51,137 nt of DNA from a bacterium. GTDB taxonomy: Bacteria; Bacteroidota; Bacteroidia; CAILMK01; JACPUW01. Positions 36,550-44,615 of this stretch are shown in pieces. Under the pieces are notes generated by a model. The model ran no database searches. It saw nothing but the letters and a program-made list of their open reading frames with translations, and was not told the origin of the DNA. The DNA is taken from positions 1 through 51,137 of the forward strand of contig WGNN01000010.1 of the NCBI GenBank assembly GCA_016124515.1. The letters run 5' to 3'. The translations under genes were made by a program, and so were the position numbers. Every line of letters starts with the position of its first letter. Position 1 is the stretch's first letter.

Positions 36550-37558
36550 CTTGCAGCTTGTCATAAAGCCATTCGCTGCACTTTTCTTCGCCTGTTTCGT
36601 GCTTATTCCAGTTGAGTAGTGCTGCGCTTACATAGTCGCTCAAATCGTCTTCAAGTCTGATACCCATTGCTTTAACCACGGCAAGTGCTGCAAAATACTG
36701 CGGCCCCATTTTGCCATCGTCTATTTTAATGGCACAGCCCATTTTATGTTTGGGAAAAGCCATACAAAAAACACCATCTGCGCCGGTTTTACCTATTACC
36801 AATCCTTGGCTTGCCTTGGTAAGGTCGGTGCAAAACCTGTTTCGTCCTGCAATATAGAGCGGGTTACGGGCGCAAGCATTTATTATGGTTTCGCAGGCTT
36901 TTGCATAGTTATCGTCCAGTTGATGCGGCGGACACACCAGGTTTTTATAACCCAGTGCCTGATGATACAGTGAAGTGGCATAGTTGGGAGCCGAGCAGCC
37001 GTCTTCGCCCTCTATTAGTTCATGGTCTCTCAAGGCCATCATACCCGCTACAGTTGTTTTTATTAATTTTTGTAGTGGATGGTCGTGATGAAGGTAACTC
37101 TCAGTTGGCCAATTATAATATTGGCAAAGCGCCAAAAATCCGGCGTGTTTTCCCGAGCAATTATTATGTATATCCTGTGGTTTTTCGCCACTTGCCTGCA
37201 GGGCTTTTCGCGGAGCTTTTCCCGTGGGCATTTGAGGGCCGCATTTTAGATTACTCGCCTCCAAACCTATTTTGGATAAGATGCTCAAAACAGCATCAAC
37301 ATGTTCTTTTTCAGCGTTGTGCGAGCCGCAGGTTACCGCAATTTCTTCGGTGCTTAAACCAAAATGTTGGGCAGCTCCGCTCGCTACAAGTGGCAGTGAT
37401 TGAAACAGTTTAAGAGCAGAACGAGTAAAGGAAATTTGGTTGATATTGCCCAGCGAAAAGGCAACTTCACCTTGTTGGTTTACCATACAAATGGAGCCTC
37501 TGTGAAAACTCTCAACCACATTGCCGCGGGTGCGTTCTACCAAAATAGGGTTTTCCAT
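36536..37558 (-). CDS. Class 3 (Rhizobium etli-type, Asparaginase_II) L-asparaginase
   Basis: RGNVVESFH, RSALKLFQ, GSH, NNCSGKH, DGC and GKTGADG. ATG at 37558. Confidence 0.9.
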   Translation of the reverse strand: MENPILVERTRGNVVESFHRGSICMVNQQGEVAFSLGNINQISFTRSALKLFQSLPLVASGAAQHFGLSTEEIAVTCGSHNAEKEHVDAVLSILSKIGLEASNLKCGPQMPTGKAPRKALQASGEKPQDIHNNCSGKHAGFLALCQYYNWPTESYLHHDHPLQKLIKTTVAGMMALRDHELIEGEDGCSAPNYATSLYHQALGYKNLVCPPHQLDDNYAKACETIINACARNPLYIAGRNRFCTDLTKASQGLVIGKTGADGVFCMAFPKHKMGCAIKIDDGKMGPQYFAALAVVKAMGIRLEDDLSDYVSAALLNWNKHETGEEKCSEWLYDKLQAIAL

Positions 37559-37559
37559 A

Positions 37560-39263
37560 TCAGAAATATAAATTCTTAGGTATGGCATTCCATCTGATGC
37601 CAAAATTCATAATAATATCATCCTTGCCGTTTCGCTTGTAATCCAGGTTTTGTCGTCGCCACATTAAGTTGTATTCAATAAAGAAATTGTGTTTGAGCAT
37701 ATAACTCAACTGCAGGTTGAATGTATAAATATCTGATCGCAAACCTTGCCCCGCTTTTACGCCATAATCCCAGGGGCGTTGGGTATATAACTCGTATATA
37801 TTTCCCCCAAAACTATAACCACCTGAGTCAAGCCCTTGGGTGGAATAGGTAAACGTGGCAGTAGTATATAGTTTTTTTAATGGAATCCACTGTATGCGGT
37901 TTATTACTTCCTTGAAATTGGCGCCAAGCGGGTGCGCCATGGGTTGGTTAAAATTGATATAATTATTTCCTGTAGAACTATGCTCGTAGGTATATGGTCG
38001 CACCATATCGTATTCAAGCGTATAGTCCAGGTTTTTTACATCAAAAAGGTCTATTACTTTTAAACCGAGTTGTAATGTGTATTTATTGCCCCACCATTTG
38101 TTTCGGCTTATCATTTCGCTGAACTTGAATTCATCAATCAAAAACTGCGAATACATGGATACGCCTTTTGTGGGTAAGTAGTTAAGGTTCAGAGCTATCA
38201 TGGCATTGTCGGGGCTGTTGCCCACGCTGTGTTCCACCGCACGGTAAAAAATAATCGGGTTCAGGTAGTTGAGGTCAAAACCCCGGTGTGTGCTGTCAAT
38301 GTCATGAAAAACAATTCCTTCGTATAATCCCACATTCAGATTTTTGAGCAAATCAAGACTTAGATAATGCGATACATAATATTTTTTAGGATATACCAAA
38401 GGGCGGTGGTTTTGGGGGGCATTGTACCAAGCCTGCAAATCGGTGAGTTGCCCGTATAGGTTTTGGTAATTGAACCGCCATATTTTCGTATTTATTTTCA
38501 GCTGGAGATAATCTTTTGAAAAATCGGATAAAATAAGCGAGCGGATACCATTACCAATAAAATTGCGGTTGTGGCCAAATAGAAATTTCACCCTTTTATC
38601 AAGTGCATCGAAAGTTATGTGCCCGCGGGCTGTGTAGTGGTCCACTCCGCCATCGCTCAGACTTTTAAAAAAACCATCACCGGGCAGGGCTCGTCTTTGC
38701 TTTATATAGTCTGTTACATAATTGGGGTAGCGTGCCTGATTGTCGCTGAAATAGGTATAAAAGCCCAGTTTGTGCGCAATGTTTCCCCTTACTTCAACCC
38801 CGCGCTCGTTGTTGAAAATAGGGGAGTTGCGGGTGTAGTTTCGCTCATAGCCTTGCGAATAGGAAATTACAGGGTTTACAAAAACCTGAAATTCTTCTTG
38901 CTTTAGTGCAAATAAGTTGGCAGGGTCTTTATAAAAACTCTTTAAAATGGGGCGCTTTGATGTATTTAAATAATTGGTGGTCCAGCCCGCGTTGTCGTTT
39001 CTAACGTAAATTAAATTGGCAGAATCGCTTCCATAAACAAATTCTTCGGTATAGTTTTTTACGAAATAAGCACCTTCATCGCGTTGCATGGGTTGTATGT
39101 CAAAAAAGGTTTTATTTCTCAAAACACCCGATTTTATTTCAGCGCGTTGCATATAGTAGTTGCTCAGCGAACTATTAGGAAACGCCGGTGACTGTGCCTT
39201 TGAAATAAAGGGCGATAATATACCCGATAATAGTAATAGTTGTAAAAGTCCTTTTCCGCTCAT
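37560..39263 (-). CDS. Outer-membrane beta-barrel protein, Wzi/RemB-like
   Basis: Signal peptide, NFIGNGIRSLILSD, YLNPIIFYR, QFLIDEF, VRPYTY, HPLGANF and a terminal Phe. Confidence 0.75.
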   Translation of the reverse strand: MSGKGLLQLLLLSGILSPFISKAQSPAFPNSSLSNYYMQRAEIKSGVLRNKTFFDIQPMQRDEGAYFVKNYTEEFVYGSDSANLIYVRNDNAGWTTNYLNTSKRPILKSFYKDPANLFALKQEEFQVFVNPVISYSQGYERNYTRNSPIFNNERGVEVRGNIAHKLGFYTYFSDNQARYPNYVTDYIKQRRALPGDGFFKSLSDGGVDHYTARGHITFDALDKRVKFLFGHNRNFIGNGIRSLILSDFSKDYLQLKINTKIWRFNYQNLYGQLTDLQAWYNAPQNHRPLVYPKKYYVSHYLSLDLLKNLNVGLYEGIVFHDIDSTHRGFDLNYLNPIIFYRAVEHSVGNSPDNAMIALNLNYLPTKGVSMYSQFLIDEFKFSEMISRNKWWGNKYTLQLGLKVIDLFDVKNLDYTLEYDMVRPYTYEHSSTGNNYINFNQPMAHPLGANFKEVINRIQWIPLKKLYTTATFTYSTQGLDSGGYSFGGNIYELYTQRPWDYGVKAGQGLRSDIYTFNLQLSYMLKHNFFIEYNLMWRRQNLDYKRNGKDDIIMNFGIRWNAIPKNLYF

Positions 39264-39285
39264 TATTTTTTAAATTAATCTACAG

Positions 39286-40527
39286 TTATTCATATCTCAA
39301 TGATTCAATAGGGTCAAGCGATGCTGCTTTTTTGGCCGGCAGATAACCGGCTGCAACGCCTACACAAGCGCAAAGCAAAAACGAAATAGCAATCCATTGA
39401 TAGGGCAGGTTGGCGTCCAGTTTCAGGAAAAAAATAACTGCATTGCCTATTATGAGTCCCAAAATGATACCGAATATGCCGCCCACGATACTTATAAATG
39501 TGGCTTCGCTCAAAAACTGTAGTCTTATAAGCGATGCACTTGCGCCCACCGCCATTCTTGTACCTATTTCGCGCGTTCGTTCGGTTATTGATACAAACAT
39601 GATATTCATAAGGGCTATTAAGGCACCACTCAAGGTAATTAAACCAATTACCAGCGCGGCGGCACTTACATAGCTGAGGTTGGTTTCTAAGAGGTCCTGC
39701 AAACTATCGCTTTTTGTTATTCCGAAATTATTGGGCGCACCGGATTTCAAATGTCGTACCAACCTCATTTTCCCGGTTGCTTCGGTTATGGCTTTTTCAA
39801 GTTCAAATACATTGTCCGCTGCTACTTTTATGGAGTAGTCGCTGCCAATGGTGCTGCTAAAACTCTTGCGGGCGCATTGTAGTGGAATAGAAGCATTTTT
39901 GTCGAGCGATATGCCAAATGAGCTGCCTTTGGCTTTGGTCACACCAATTACCCTGAATTTTCGGTCGGCAATAAAAATCTCTTTATTAATTCCCAGAAAA
40001 TTTTCTGAAAATAATAAATTATTCAATTCTCGGCCAATGATAGCCACATGGGCACCGTGTTCAATTTCGCTTTCGCTAAAGTTTCTTCCTGCTTCCAATT
40101 CATAACCCGAGCAACGCAAAAAATGCTCATCAACCCCGGTTACATTTATGGTATTGCTCGTAGCGGTGCTTTTGTAGTGCGCTACCACATTAAGGCTTGC
40201 ATTTACCGAAAGGGAAACTACGGTGTTTTCGGGCGGATTTTTTTTGAAAAGCACGGCATCGCGATAGCTTATTTCCGCATTTTCATCCTTGGCTCGGTGC
40301 GGACCAAAACGCAATGGATTGCTGTCTTTGGTTATGCTGAAGGTGTTGTTGCCCAGGGTGTTCAGGTTGTTTATCAACGACCATTTGAGTCCGTCAATAG
40401 CCGTTTGCATGCCCACCAAAGAGGCAATACCAAGCGCAATAATGAGCATGGTAATAATGGCTCTTGTGCGGTTGACCCTTAGCGAGAATACCGCAGCGAG
40501 CAAAGTGTTTAAAACGGCTTTGTTCAT
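39286..40527 (-). CDS. ABC transporter permease, MacB/FtsX family
   Basis: RAIITMLIIALGIA, a periplasmic domain with GRNFS, MNIMFVSITERTREIGTRMAVGA and PAKKAASLDPIESLRYE. Confidence 0.93.
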   Translation of the reverse strand: MNKAVLNTLLAAVFSLRVNRTRAIITMLIIALGIASLVGMQTAIDGLKWSLINNLNTLGNNTFSITKDSNPLRFGPHRAKDENAEISYRDAVLFKKNPPENTVVSLSVNASLNVVAHYKSTATSNTINVTGVDEHFLRCSGYELEAGRNFSESEIEHGAHVAIIGRELNNLLFSENFLGINKEIFIADRKFRVIGVTKAKGSSFGISLDKNASIPLQCARKSFSSTIGSDYSIKVAADNVFELEKAITEATGKMRLVRHLKSGAPNNFGITKSDSLQDLLETNLSYVSAAALVIGLITLSGALIALMNIMFVSITERTREIGTRMAVGASASLIRLQFLSEATFISIVGGIFGIILGLIIGNAVIFFLKLDANLPYQWIAISFLLCACVGVAAGYLPAKKAASLDPIESLRYE

Positions 40528-40844
40528 TTCAAAGCCCTGAAAATAAAGCCTTTTTGGTTACTCGTTTCCCTGAAGTCAATTTTATTTTCCAAAAGGTGTT
40601 TCAGTTCGCGGCGGTCAATCACAAATTTCAAATCGCCGTGGCTGTACACCTGATCGGTAAACCTTTTTTCATCAACCCCTAAAATCTTTTTCAAGTGGGC
40701 GCCCTCTTTTTTTACACCTATTCTTATATAGGCGCTTTGGTCAAAGTTCAGCAACTCGTTGTAGTCTATCAACTTTTTCTCTGCCCGGTCGCTAATTGCA
40801 ATGGGCAGTTGCGGTATATTAGGCAATGTGGTCATTGTATGCAT
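40524..40844 (-). CDS. HesB/IscA-fold protein lacking all cysteine ligands
   Basis: IAISDRA, YIRIGVK, D..YSHGDLKFVID, L...KIDF and GFIF align with the IscA consensus. There is no Cys from ATG 40844 or 40835 onward. ATGA overlap with the permease. Confidence 0.65.
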   Translation of the reverse strand: MHTMTTLPNIPQLPIAISDRAEKKLIDYNELLNFDQSAYIRIGVKKEGAHLKKILGVDEKRFTDQVYSHGDLKFVIDRRELKHLLENKIDFRETSNQKGFIFRALK

Positions 40845-40896
40845 TAATTTGCACTTCAAAGCTAAACGAAGCAATTAACCCAAGAGCTTATAAAGT

Positions 40897-41418
40897 ATGG
40901 ATATCTTAGCAGAACTTTTAAAAATCAGCATTCCGGCAGTAGTTGTTGCCGTTACGGTGGTCATAATCATCAGCAGGTTTTTCAACAACCAATTGCAAAT
41001 GAAGTCGAAGGAACTCGCGCTGCAAAACCGACAGATTTCTCTTCCGCTTCGCTTTCAGGCGCTTGAAAGGTTGGTGCTGCTTATGGAGCGAATTTCAATT
41101 GGCAATATGCTGTTGAGAATTAGCGCTACCGAAATGTCGGTGGTGGAGTACAAGCTGGAATTGATGCAGCACGTAACCCACGAGTTTGAGCACAACCTGA
41201 GTCAACAACTATATGTAAGCAATGGTACCTGGCAAAAAATTGAAGAAGCCAAACAATACGTGCTGAGCACCATAAACGCAACCGCCGAAAGTATGGACCA
41301 AAACCTTGAAGCACAGGCCCTCATTGACGCCTTGATTTTTCATATAACATCTACCGAAATTACGCCCGCCATGGAAGCCATTTACCTGTTGAAAAAGGAA
41401 GCGGAAAGTGTTGGTTAA
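40897..41418 (+). CDS. Conserved Bacteroidota hypothetical membrane-anchored protein
   Basis: N-terminal TM helix, with motifs LPLRFQALERLVLLMERI and EFEHNLSQQLYVS. Confidence 0.75.
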   Translation: MDILAELLKISIPAVVVAVTVVIIISRFFNNQLQMKSKELALQNRQISLPLRFQALERLVLLMERISIGNMLLRISATEMSVVEYKLELMQHVTHEFEHNLSQQLYVSNGTWQKIEEAKQYVLSTINATAESMDQNLEAQALIDALIFHITSTEITPAMEAIYLLKKEAESVG

Positions 41419-41681
41419 TTGTGGAAACAATTTTTGGAAGAAAAAAAATGGACTTTGTGTAACATCTTGTAAATCAATATTCTTTTATTAAGATATTGTT
41501 AATACATTGAAATATCGCTGTTTTTGAAAACAGGCCAAATTAGCATGTTTGCAACACCTGTAAAAAATTCTACAAATACAAGTCACTATTAAGCTTTGTT
41601 TAAGAAAAAAACCAACAATTTAGCACCCGATTTTGCAGGTCAACTCAAGACGGATTTATTAACAATTAAAGTGAGTACTAC
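41419..41681. promoter_or_regulatory. AT-rich dnaA upstream region with DnaA-box-like 9-mers (autoregulatory region or oriC candidate)
   Basis: One-mismatch matches to TTWTNCACA at 41420-41428 (minus, GTTTCCACA), 41456-41464 (minus, TGTTACACA) and 41656-41664 (plus, TTATTAACA), plus a weaker GTATTAACA at 41497-41505 (minus). Confidence 0.45.
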
Positions 41682-43112
41682 GTGAATCAGGATCATGAAG
41701 TAGTGTGGAGAAATTGCCTTAACATCATTAAGGACAATGTGAATAGACAAAGTTTTAAAACATGGTTTGAGCCCATAAAGCCAATTGCCCTTGACGCCAA
41801 CGTACTGACCATTCAGGTACCAAGCCTTTTCTTTTACGAGTGGTTGGAAGAACACTATGTGAATCTTCTGAAAAAAACCATCAAAAAAGAATTGGGCAAC
41901 GATGCCAAACTCGAGTACAATATAGTAGTAGAAAACAGCTCGGGAAACAAAAAGCCTTATACCATTAATATGCCCGGACACCCCGTAAAAAACGACAACC
42001 AAGGGGTAAACATTCCTATGGACATAAGTGGCAGTATCAAAAACCCCTTCGTTATACCGGGTATCAAAAAAGTGAGTATCGACTCGCAACTCAATCCAAA
42101 CTACACCTTTGAAACCCTTATTGAAGGCGAATGCAACAAATTGGCCCGCTCTGCCGGTCTCGCCGTGGCTAAAAAGCCGGGAGGAACTTCCTTCAATCCG
42201 CTCATGGTTTATGGCGGAGTTGGACTTGGCAAAACCCACCTCGTGCAAGCCATTGGCAACTCTATAAAGCAAGACTTCAAAAGCAAAGTGGTGCTTTATG
42301 TGCAGTCTGAAAAATTTGCCAACCAGTTTATAGAATCAATCAAATCAAACTCGGTAAACGATTTCATCAATTTCTACCAACTTATTGATGTATTGATAGT
42401 TGACGACATTCAGTTTTTGGCGGGCAAAGAGCGTACTCAGGATATTTTCTTCCATATTTTCAACCACTTGCACCAAAACGGACGCCAAATCATCCTCACT
42501 TCCGATCGCTCGCCCCGCGACATTACAGGTGTAGAAGAGCGTTTGCTTTCTCGTTTCAAATGGGGTTTGAGCGCCGATTTGCAAAACCCTGACTTTGAAA
42601 CCCGTATAGCCATTCTCGAAAACAAAATGTATCTTGATGGCATTGAACTGCCTAAGGAAGTGCGCGAATACATTGCCTACAACATTACCAGCAATGTGCG
42701 CGAGCTTGAAGGTGCCCTCATTTCGCTTTTGGCTCATGCATCAATCAACAAAAAACCGGTTGACCTTATTTCTGCCAAAGAAATCCTGAAGAACTTTATT
42801 AATAATGTATCGAAGGAGCTTACCATAGACCATATCCAAAATTTGGTGTGCGAATATTTTGACATGCCGCTTGAGCTGCTCAAATCAAAAACCCGCAAAA
42901 GGGAAATTGTACAGGCAAGGCAAATCTCCATGTTCCTCGCCAAGAAGTTTACCAAAACATCTTTGGCCAATATTGGCAAATTTTTTGGCGGTCGCGACCA
43001 CTCAACTGTTATTCACGCTTGCCAAACCGTAAGCAACCTGATGGACACCGACACCATGTTTAAGGACCACGTTGAAGAAATCCAAAAGAAAATCAGCATC
43101 AACTACAACTAG
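41682..43112 (+). CDS. dnaA: Chromosomal replication initiator protein DnaA
   Basis: SFKTWFEP, FNPLMVYGGVGLGKTHL, DDIQFLAGKERTQ, RLLSRFKWGL, NVRELEGAL and GGRDHSTVIHA. GTG start. Confidence 0.99.
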   Translation: MNQDHEVVWRNCLNIIKDNVNRQSFKTWFEPIKPIALDANVLTIQVPSLFFYEWLEEHYVNLLKKTIKKELGNDAKLEYNIVVENSSGNKKPYTINMPGHPVKNDNQGVNIPMDISGSIKNPFVIPGIKKVSIDSQLNPNYTFETLIEGECNKLARSAGLAVAKKPGGTSFNPLMVYGGVGLGKTHLVQAIGNSIKQDFKSKVVLYVQSEKFANQFIESIKSNSVNDFINFYQLIDVLIVDDIQFLAGKERTQDIFFHIFNHLHQNGRQIILTSDRSPRDITGVEERLLSRFKWGLSADLQNPDFETRIAILENKMYLDGIELPKEVREYIAYNITSNVRELEGALISLLAHASINKKPVDLISAKEILKNFINNVSKELTIDHIQNLVCEYFDMPLELLKSKTRKREIVQARQISMFLAKKFTKTSLANIGKFFGGRDHSTVIHACQTVSNLMDTDTMFKDHVEEIQKKISINYN

Positions 43113-43131
43113 TTCAAAAAAACTTCATTTG

Positions 43132-43170
43132 AAATAAAAAAGCCCCTGAGTCATCAGGGGCTTTTTATTT
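43132..43170. terminator. Bidirectional intrinsic terminator between dnaA and the DUF4159 gene
   Basis: AAAAAGCCCCTGA-GTCA-TCAGGGGCTTTTT with A and T tracts on both sides. Confidence 0.9.
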
Positions 43171-43183
43171 TCCAGTTGTTCAA

Positions 43184-43837
43184 TTAGTTTTTGGTAAAGG
43201 CGTATTGCAGCAAGTTGCAGCCCATCATCAAGGCTTTTTGATGTATTGCAGGCGGATCGTGGTGCACTTCTTCATCTTCCCAGCCATCGCCCAGGTCGGT
43301 TTCGTAGCTGTAAAAAACCAATACGCGGTTTTCGTGCATGATGGCAAAACCCTGCGGCGCTTTTCCATCGTGTTCGTGCACCTTGGGCAAGCCATTGTCA
43401 AAATTGTATTTCTCGTGGTAAATAGGGTGGTCAAAAGGTAGCTCTACCAACTCTTTGTCGGGAAAAAGCTGTTTGAGCATGATACGCACGTAAGGATCCA
43501 TACCATAATTGTCGTCAATATGTAAAAAACCGCCTGAATAAAGGTACAAGCGCAGGTTTTCCGTTTCTTCTTCGTTGAGAATCACATTGCCGTGGCCGGT
43601 CATGTGTATAAAAGGGTAGTTGAAAATTTCGTCGCTTCCCGCCGCCACAATGTCTTCTTCAGGCGCAAGGTCGGTTCCCAGGTTTTGGTTGGCAAAGGCT
43701 ATCAGGTTGGGGAGCGATGAAGGATTGGCATACCAATCGCCGCCACCTGAATATTTCAAACGGCCAATTTTTACAGATTCGCCGGCAAAAGACAAGCTCA
43801 TGAGCGACAGGGCAACTAAAAGGTAAATTGGTTTCAA
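43184..43837 (-). CDS. DUF4159 domain protein
   Basis: LKYSGGGDWYANPSSLPNL, YPFIHMTGHG, GGFLHIDDNYG, GLPKVHEHDG and DLGDGWED. Confidence 0.9.
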   Translation of the reverse strand: MKPIYLLVALSLMSLSFAGESVKIGRLKYSGGGDWYANPSSLPNLIAFANQNLGTDLAPEEDIVAAGSDEIFNYPFIHMTGHGNVILNEEETENLRLYLYSGGFLHIDDNYGMDPYVRIMLKQLFPDKELVELPFDHPIYHEKYNFDNGLPKVHEHDGKAPQGFAIMHENRVLVFYSYETDLGDGWEDEEVHHDPPAIHQKALMMGCNLLQYAFTKN

Positions 43838-43846
43838 GCGCTTAAA

Positions 43847-44563
43847 CTATTGGTTTTTTAAATTCTGACAAATTAACGAATAAACTGCGGCGGTTTCGCT
43901 GCGCAATCGTTCGGAACCTAACGAGCAGGGAACAAATCCATTGTGCAAACAGGCTTCAATCTCTTCGTTGGTAAAATCGCCTTCGGGCCCGGTAAACACC
44001 AACGACTCGCCTTGGTGCGCGAAATTTTGAAGTGCGGTTTTGGGCATGTCGTTGCAAATGGCCACATACTTATCGGCTATGGGTTTATGCATCAGTTCAT
44101 TAAACTCAAGAATTTCAATAGCCGGCAAAAATGCCTTTCTCGACTGCTTTAGCGCCGCTATGGCTGTTTTTTTCAGGCGATCTTCGTTCACATGTTTTCT
44201 TTTGGCATAAGTGGTTTGTACCAAAAAAATGTTTGCCACACCAATTTCAACCAGCTTTTCAATCATCCATTCCTGTCGTGCCGCAGTGCCAATTATGCCA
44301 CAGGCTATGCTGTTTTTAAAAGGTGATTTGGGTTCATCTACAATTTTATTAATAGTTGAGTAAACCACTTGACGCTTATTTGCATCTATAATTTCTGATA
44401 ACCAAATGATGCCACAACCATTGCTTACCAACAACTTGTTGCCCACCGAAAGTCTCAGCACATGCAAGGCATGGTGCGCTTCCGTATCGGGTAGTGTGTG
44501 TTGGCCGCTTTCGTGGCAGTCGGCATCAAAAAAACAGGGTAAATCGAGTCCGGATGCAATCAT
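43847..44563 (-). CDS. rsmE: 16S rRNA (uracil1498-N3)-methyltransferase
   Basis: HALHVLRL, EKLVEIGV, ALKQS, GPEGDF and SLGSERLRSETA. Confidence 0.93.
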   Translation of the reverse strand: MIASGLDLPCFFDADCHESGQHTLPDTEAHHALHVLRLSVGNKLLVSNGCGIIWLSEIIDANKRQVVYSTINKIVDEPKSPFKNSIACGIIGTAARQEWMIEKLVEIGVANIFLVQTTYAKRKHVNEDRLKKTAIAALKQSRKAFLPAIEILEFNELMHKPIADKYVAICNDMPKTALQNFAHQGESLVFTGPEGDFTNEEIEACLHNGFVPCSLGSERLRSETAAVYSLICQNLKNQ

Positions 44564-44615
44564 TTTTTTAATTTAGAGCAAATTAAGATGGTTTCCTTCA
44601 CTTTAAATAGCAACT

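Noticed and set aside
41682-43170. dnaA not followed by dnaN-recF-gyrB
   Set aside because: This arrangement is common in Bacteroidota.
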